Shown: positions 18,423 to 24,425 of the stretch, piece after piece
Numbering within the stretch: the first letter of the stretch is position 1
Layout: the number at the start of each line of letters is the position of its first letter
From: an uncultured Candidatus Rokubacteria bacterium
Lineage (GTDB): Bacteria; Methylomirabilota; Methylomirabilia; Rokubacteriales; DASRDR01
Reading direction: 5' to 3'
NCBI GenBank assembly: GCA_963708025.1
Contig: CAVPSB010000033.1
Span: 1-24,425, forward strand
Length of the DNA stretch: 24,425 nucleotides
Program-made: the position numbers and the translations under genes
Notes under the pieces: generated by a model
Seen by the model: only the letters and a program-made list of their open reading frames with translations
The model's database searches: none
What the model was told of the DNA's origin: nothing

Positions 18423-19562
18423 GTGACCGGGAGACTTCGGGTCGGCATCATCGGCTGCGGGAACATGGCGCGACACCACGTCGACGGGTACCTGGCGACG
18501 GGGCGCTACGACGTCGTCGCCCTGGCCGATCTCGACGAGGCGGCGATGGGCGAGTTCGATGCGCGGTTCGGGCTCCAGACCACGCACTACCAGGACGCCC
18601 GGCTCATGCTGGACGGCGAGCGCCTGGACGTCGTCTCCATCTGCACGTGGCACACCGGCCACGCGCCGTGGACGGTGACGGCCGCCGCCCGGCGGCCGAA
18701 GGCCATCCTGTGCGAGAAGCCCATGGCCGAGACGCTCGGCCGCGCCGACGAGATGCTGATCGCCTGCCACCGGAACGCCGTGAAGCTGGTCATCGGCCAC
18801 CAGCGCCGCTTCCTGCCGGCGTACGCGCTGGCCCGCGAGCTCATCGCCCGGGGCGCCATCGGTCGCGTGTCGTGGCTGGTGAGCTTCGGCGGCCAGGGAC
18901 TGCCGAACTACTCCACGCACCAGGCGGACATGTTCCGCTACCTGCTCGGGGACGAGGAGTGCCGGTGGGTCATGGGCAACGTCGAGCGGAAGACCGACCG
19001 GTTCGAGCGGACGACCCGGATCGAGGACGGCGCGGTGGCGGTGTTCGAGTTCGCGAGCGGGGCCCGGGCGCTGATCCTGGCCGACGTCACGCCGACCCTC
19101 TTCCAGGGCGCGCACGTCTACGGCACCGACGGCCTGATCAACCTCACCACGGAGGCGGTCCAGCTCCTGAACGCGGAGACCGGCGGGCTCTGGCAGACGC
19201 ACCGGCCGGACGGCCGGTTCTTCAAGCTCGCCGACGAGGGTGACCGCTTCGAGTGGCGGGAGGGCGCAGCCGGGCAGGCGGACGAGCTGGCCGACTGGAT
19301 CGTGGGCACCCGGGACACCCACCGGGGCCGCGCGGAGAACGCCTACAAGGCGCTGGAGATGATCCACGCCGTGTACGAGTCGGCCCGCTGTCACGAGCGA
19401 GTCGTGCTGCCGCTCCAGACCCGGGTCAATCCGCTGGACCTGATGGTGGAGTCGGGCCACCTGGCGCCCCAGCGCCCCGGTCCCTACGACATCCGCGCGT
19501 TCCTCCTGCGCGGCGAGCGGCTGTGGGGGGACGACGACGGGTCGGCACGGCCGTCCGCGTGA
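18423..19562 (+). CDS. Gfo/Idh/MocA-family NAD(P)-dependent oxidoreductase
   Basis: VGIIGCGNMA Rossmann motif, CEKPMA, GHQRRF, THQAD. Confidence 0.92.
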   Translation: MTGRLRVGIIGCGNMARHHVDGYLATGRYDVVALADLDEAAMGEFDARFGLQTTHYQDARLMLDGERLDVVSICTWHTGHAPWTVTAAARRPKAILCEKPMAETLGRADEMLIACHRNAVKLVIGHQRRFLPAYALARELIARGAIGRVSWLVSFGGQGLPNYSTHQADMFRYLLGDEECRWVMGNVERKTDRFERTTRIEDGAVAVFEFASGARALILADVTPTLFQGAHVYGTDGLINLTTEAVQLLNAETGGLWQTHRPDGRFFKLADEGDRFEWREGAAGQADELADWIVGTRDTHRGRAENAYKALEMIHAVYESARCHERVVLPLQTRVNPLDLMVESGHLAPQRPGPYDIRAFLLRGERLWGDDDGSARPSA

Positions 19563-20604
19563 GCCGGCGGCACGGGCGGGGCCATGCGCCAATCCGGATG
19601 GCCCAGTACGGCACCGGGCACGGCCACGCCGGCGGGAAGCTGGCCGCGCTCCAGGGGTCTCCCGACGTCGAGCTGGCCGGCGTGTTCGAGCCGGACCCGG
19701 CCCGCCGGGCGGCGCTGAGCGGCCCCGGCCGCCCCTACCACGGGGTGCGGTGGTTCGACCGCGCGGCGGAGCTGCTCGGGCGACCCGAGCGATCGTCGCG
19801 GTCGCCTCGGAAGGCCGGAACGACGAGAGCCTCGAGCAGACGGCCGCGATCGTCCGGGCGGGCAAGCACGTCTGGTACGACAAGCCGGCCGGCGACGACT
19901 GGGCGGGGTGGCAGCGGATCGTGGCCGAGGCCCGGGCCCGGGCCTCCGGATCCAGATGGGGTACATGTTCCGCTACCACGAGGGCTTCCGGCAGATCGCC
20001 GAGTGGGCCCGGTCGGGCCTGCTGGGCGACGTCTTCGCCATCCGCGCCCACATGTCCACCTGCATCCACGGCCGCCGCCCGCGGGTGATCGCGCGCCACC
20101 GCGGCGGCATCTTCTTCGACCTCGCCGGCCACATGCTGGACCAGATCCTGTGGCTGCTCGGCCGGCCCACCGAGGTCACGGCCTTCCTGCGGCACGACGC
20201 GAGCGACGCTGCCCGGCTTCCACGACAACACCCTCGCCGTCCTCGGCTACCCGCGGGCCCTGGCCCTCGTGGACATCGCCGCGATGGAGCCGACGCCCAT
20301 GGCGCGCCGGTTCGAGGTGTACGGCACGCGGGGCAGCGCGATCATGGAGCCGTTCGAGCCGGCGGGCCCGATCCGGCTCTGCCTGGCCGAGCCCCACGGC
20401 GAGCACCGGCCCGGCGAGCAGCAGGTCCCCGTGCGTTCCCAGTCCCGCCAGGAGCTGTACGAGCTCGAGCTGGCGGCGTTCGTCGCCGGGCTTCGGAGCG
20501 GGAGGCCCCCGGATCGGTCCCTGGACCACGAGCTCCTGGTGCAGGAGACGCTCCTGCGGGCCACCGGCCGGATCCCGCCGCCGTCGCGCCTGCTTCCCGC
20601 GTAG
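19559..20604 (+). pseudogene. Second Gfo/Idh/MocA oxidoreductase split by about three frameshifts (pseudogene or assembly errors)
   Basis: GTGA-coupled start. Family segments lie in successive frames: QYGTGHGHA; AGKHVWYDKP; QMGYMFRY...GGIFFDLAGHMLD; FEVYGTRGSA. Shifts near 19780, 19940 and 20210. Confidence 0.8.
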
Positions 20605-20751
20605 CGACGCGCCCCGGTCCCGGGCGTCCCGGTCCCGGGCGTCTTCCGGCGGGGGTCCGTTCCTGCTATCCTCGGGGCAGGCCCGCTCCGATCGGAGCCG
20701 CGGCCTGCGGGTCCTTTCCGATGGGCGCAATCGTCTCACGGAGGTGACGGC

Positions 20752-21120
20752 ATGGAACTTCGATCCCGGCGAACTGTCCTCGTCCTACTCCTCCTCGGCC
20801 TCCCCCTGCTCGGGGGCTGCGCGGCGGGAATGCAGTACCAACAGGTCGGGCCGACGTATGCCCCTCGAGGCTCGGCCAGCGACGTCAAGATCCTCAAAGC
20901 CGAGCCGCCCGAGCCCTACGACCGGGTCGGGCAGATCAACTGGGACTACCGGCGGTCGAAGTTCACCCCGCCGAAGCTCGAGGAGATCGAGGGCCAGCTC
21001 CGACAGAAGGCCTACGAGGTGGGTGGCGACGCGGTGATCGTGCGAAAGCTCGAGGAGCCGGCGAGAGACGCCGAGGCGCCGCTGAAGCTGACGGCGGACG
21101 TGGTGCGCTTCAAGAGATAG
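20752..21120 (+). CDS. Small lipoprotein (possible YbjQ/RcsF-like fold)
   Basis: GGAGG RBS, lipobox LGG-C, LRQKAYEVGGDAVIV motif. Confidence 0.75.
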   Translation: MELRSRRTVLVLLLLGLPLLGGCAAGMQYQQVGPTYAPRGSASDVKILKAEPPEPYDRVGQINWDYRRSKFTPPKLEEIEGQLRQKAYEVGGDAVIVRKLEEPARDAEAPLKLTADVVRFKR

Positions 21121-21305
21121 ACCGGAGGTGCCCCGCCGATCGAGCCGGGGCCTGCGTCTCCCGGGCGGGGAGCCGGGCGCGCCCCGACCCGCCCGGGGTA
21201 TGATCTCGGCACATCCCTCGCACCGGGTGAGCTGCCGGGGCGCAGGCCGCCGGCGGACCCACCGGCCGGGTCCCTGATCCTAACCCGCAGTCCATGGAGG
21301 AGAGC

Positions 21306-22866
21306 ATGGTCGATTCGCGAAGCTCCCGCGCGCGTGCCTGGCGGCTCCCGCTCCTGGCCCTGGCGGTCCTCGTCGCCGTCGCCCTCGCCGGCGCCGCCTC
21401 GGCCGCCACCTTCCGGGTCGCGGTGGGCATCGATCCGGACACGCTGGATCCCGTCCAGACCACGACCACCACGGTCGCGAACGTCCTCGACTACATGGTC
21501 GAGACGCTCACCTTCCTCGACCCGAAGGGCGACGTGCGCCCGATGCTGGCCGAGAGCTGGACGGTCTCCCCCGACGGCACCCAGTACACGCTCAAGCTCC
21601 GCAAGGGCGTGACCTTCCACGACGGCAGTCCGTTCGACGCCAAGGCCGTCAAGTGGAACCTGGACCGGCTCAAGGATCCGAGCGTGCGGGTGCCCGTCCG
21701 CGCCCCGTTCCCGCTGAAGGACATCGAGGTCGTTGACCCGGCGACGGTGAAGATCACGCTCCTGCGGCCCTCGGCCCCGTTCGTCATGGCCCTCTCGTTC
21801 GACGACCGCCGGCATCGTCTCGCCGGCGGCCGCCGACCAGCACGGCAACGAGTACAAGAACATGCAGCACCCGGTCGGCACCGGGCCCTACGTCTTCAAG
21901 GAGCGGAAGAAGGGGGAGAGCGTCACCGTCACGCTGTACGACAAGTACTGGGGCAAGAAGCCCACCTACGACACCGTGGTGTTCCGGAGCGTCCCCGAGG
22001 CGGCGACGCGCGAGAGCCTGATCCTGGCCGGCCAGGTCGACCTCATGGTGCTGCCGCCCATCGCGGACCTCCCGGCCCTGTCGCGGAACCCGGCGGTCAA
22101 GGTCCTGCTGGCGCCGAGCAACCGGACGATCTTCATCTCGCTCAACACGACCAAGCCGCCGCTCGGTGACGTCCGGGTGCGCCAGGCGCTCAACTACGCG
22201 GTTGACAAGCAGGCGATCATCCAGAACGTGCTGTTCGGCGCCGCCGACCCGATGGACGGCCCGATGGCGCCGAGCCTCTTCGGCTACTGTAAGGTGGGCG
22301 CCTACGAGTACAACCCGACCCGGGCCAAGCAGCTCCTGGCCGAGGCGGGGGTGAAGCCGGGGACGAAGATTCCGTTCATCCACCCGACCGGGCGCTACGT
22401 CCAGGACAAGGAAGCCAGCCAGGCCGTCGCCGGCTACCTGCGGGAGGTGGGGATCGAGCCCGAGCTGGCGACCATGGACTGGCCGTCCTACGTCAGCATC
22501 GTGAACACGGGCCCGGCCGAGAAGACGACCCATCACCTGGCCTACCTCGGCTGGGCGCCGAACTTCCTGGACGCGTCGATGCAGTCGCTTCAGTTCTGGT
22601 CCGGCTACCACCCGCCGGCCGGGCTGGCCACCAGCTTCTACAAGGACGCCCGGGTGGACGAGTGGGTGGTGGCCGCCGACCGGGAGTCGAATCCCGAGAA
22701 GCGGAAGACGATGTACTGTGACCTGTCGAAGAAGGTCTGGGGCGACGCGCCCTGGCTCTTCCTCTACGTCCAGCGCTTCCCGATCGTCTACTCGTCGAAG
22801 GTGACCGACGTCGGCTCGATCCCGAACGAAAAGTTCTACGCCATCTACGCCCGTCCCGCCCAGTAG
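21306..22866 (+). CDS. Peptide/nickel ABC transporter substrate-binding protein (DppA/GsiB-like) with one frameshift at about 21801
   Basis: Signal peptide and LRKGVTFHDG family 5 signature in the first frame. PVGTGPY, VRQALNYAVDK and DAPWLFLY in the second. Removing one base near 21801 gives SFTTAGIVSPAA and joins the two frames. Confidence 0.88.
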
Positions 22867-22896
22867 CCGGGCGGCCGGCGACCGGCGACCGGGGCC

Positions 22897-23826
22897 ATGA
22901 ACCGCTTCCACGGGTACCTCGCCCAGCGGTTCGTGGCCTCGGTCGTCACGCTCGTCGGCGTCTCGTTGATCGTCTTCCTGATGGTGCGGCTCCTGCCCGG
23001 GGACCCGGCTCGCGTCATCGCGGGGCTCCTGGCGACCGAGGAGGACGTCGCGCGCATCCGGACCGACCTGGGCCTCGACCAGCCGCTCCACGCGCAGTAC
23101 GGGATCTTCCTCGCGCGGCTGGCTCGGGGGAACCTGGGCGTCTCGGCCCGCACCTCCGCGCCCGTCATCGAGGAGCTCCGGCCGCGCCTGGCCGCCACCC
23201 TTCGCCTGGCGCTCACCAGCGCCGCCCTCGCCGCCGCGCTCGGGATCCTGGCCGGGACCCTGGCCGCGACCCGCCCCTACTCGACGTTCGACTACGTGCT
23301 CTCGGTCACCACCCTCCTCGGCGTCTCGATGCCGGTCTACTGGCTCGGGCTGATGCTCATCATCGTCTTCGCGGTCCACCTCAACTGGCTCCCCGCCGCC
23401 GGCTCCGAGGGCCTGGCCAGCATGGTCATGCCCGCTCTCACGCTGGCCGCGTTCTCGGTCGCGCTCATCGCCCGCATGACACGGTCGAGCATGCTCGAGG
23501 TGCTCCGCCAGGACTTCGTGCGCACCGCCCGGGCCAAGGGCCTGGGCGAGCAGCTGGTGGTGGCCCGGCACGCGCTCAAGAACGCCTTCATCCCCATCAT
23601 CACCGTGGTCGGGCTCCAGTTCGGCGCCCTCCTCGGCGGGGCGGTGCTGACCGAGTCGGTCTTCGGCTGGCCCGGGATGGGGCTGCTGCTGATCGAGTCG
23701 ATCTTCTCGCGCGACTACGCGATGGTGCAGGGGATCGTGCTCGTCTTCTCGTCGCTGTTCATCCTCGTCAACCTGCTGGTGGACCTCTGCTATGCGGTCA
23801 TCGACCCTCGCATCCACTACGGTTGA
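22897..23826 (+). CDS. Peptide ABC transporter permease (DppB/OppB-like)
   Basis: LLPGDPA, LGLDQPL, RTARAKGL...HALKNA, ESVFGWPGMG, DPRI. Confidence 0.95.
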   Translation: MNRFHGYLAQRFVASVVTLVGVSLIVFLMVRLLPGDPARVIAGLLATEEDVARIRTDLGLDQPLHAQYGIFLARLARGNLGVSARTSAPVIEELRPRLAATLRLALTSAALAAALGILAGTLAATRPYSTFDYVLSVTTLLGVSMPVYWLGLMLIIVFAVHLNWLPAAGSEGLASMVMPALTLAAFSVALIARMTRSSMLEVLRQDFVRTARAKGLGEQLVVARHALKNAFIPIITVVGLQFGALLGGAVLTESVFGWPGMGLLLIESIFSRDYAMVQGIVLVFSSLFILVNLLVDLCYAVIDPRIHYG

Positions 23827-24425
23827 CCGACCGGCGGTCGCGGTGGAGTCGCCGCGGCGGCGCCAGTTCCAGGAGGGCTGGCAGCGCTTCCGCCGCCACC
23901 GGGCGGCGATGGCGGGGCTGGCGCTCCTCGTCGTCCTGCTCGTCCTCGCGCTGGCCGCCCCGCTGCTCACGGCCAGCGACCCGAAGCGCCAGCAGCTCTC
24001 CCAGGCCCTCAAGCCGGCCTCGCTCGCCCACCCCCTCGGCACCGACCACCTGGGCCGCGACATGCTAGCCCGCCTGCTCTACGGCGGCCGCCTGTCGCTC
24101 CTGATCGGCTTCCTCGCCGTCGGCGTCGGCCTCCTCGTCGGCGTCCCCCTCGGCGCCGTCTCCGGCTTCTACGGGGGCCGGGTGGACCTGGCCATCCAGC
24201 GGCTCGCCGACATCCTCCTGTCGTTCCCGGGGTTCCTCCTCGCGCTGTCGCTGGTGGCCATCCTGGGGGTGGGCCTCCAGAACGTCATCCTCTCGGTCGG
24301 CATCAGCGCCGTCCCCTCGTTCATCCGGCTGGTCCGCGGCTCGGTGCTGGCGATCCGCGAGCAGGCCTACGTGGAGGCGGCGGAGGCGATCGGCCAGCGC
24401 CGCCGGGCGATCATCTTCCGGCACG
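23823..24425 (+). CDS. Peptide ABC transporter permease (DppC/OppC-like); runs off the window end; start either TTG 23823 with a frameshift or GTG 23843
   Basis: The frame of 23843 reads VESPRRRQFQEGWQRFRRHRAAMAGL...HPLGTDHLGRDMLARLLYGGRLSL...YVEAAEAIG. It is missing from the ORF track because it has no stop inside the window. Confidence 0.9.

Noticed and set aside
20613-20642. Tandem duplication CCCGGTCCCGGGCGT x2
   Set aside because: Only two adjacent copies with no spacers in GC-rich intergenic DNA; not a CRISPR array and no evident function.

Overview
A very GC-rich bacterial window. The gene content and hairpin repeats would fit a soil lineage such as Ca. Rokubacteria/Methylomirabilota, but this is an impression only. 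It has four blocks. (1) 1-7160: a tightly packed five-gene operon: alpha/beta-hydrolase-glycosyltransferase fusion (5'-truncated), OsmC-like protein lacking the canonical second Cys, membrane histidine kinase with a V4R-like and a GAF input, receiver-class III nucleotide cyclase with non-canonical active-site residues, and a receiver-sigma54 activator. This is the best candidate for an undescribed system. (2) 7114-13407: a LysR regulator divergent from three apparently exported enzymes: an agmatine/peptidylarginine deiminase with a C-terminal SH3-like domain, a lipase-like hydrolase and a flavin amine oxidase. A hairpin cluster and a 112-bp MITE with TAA target duplication lie at the end of this block. 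(3) 13519-20604: a threonine-synthase-like gene divergent from a sugar ABC transporter (no ATPase) and two Gfo/Idh/MocA oxidoreductases, with a 113-bp inverted-repeat element in between. (4) 20752-end: a small lipoprotein and a Dpp/Opp-type ABC transporter. Several single-base frameshifts, mostly in the right half, look like assembly errors.
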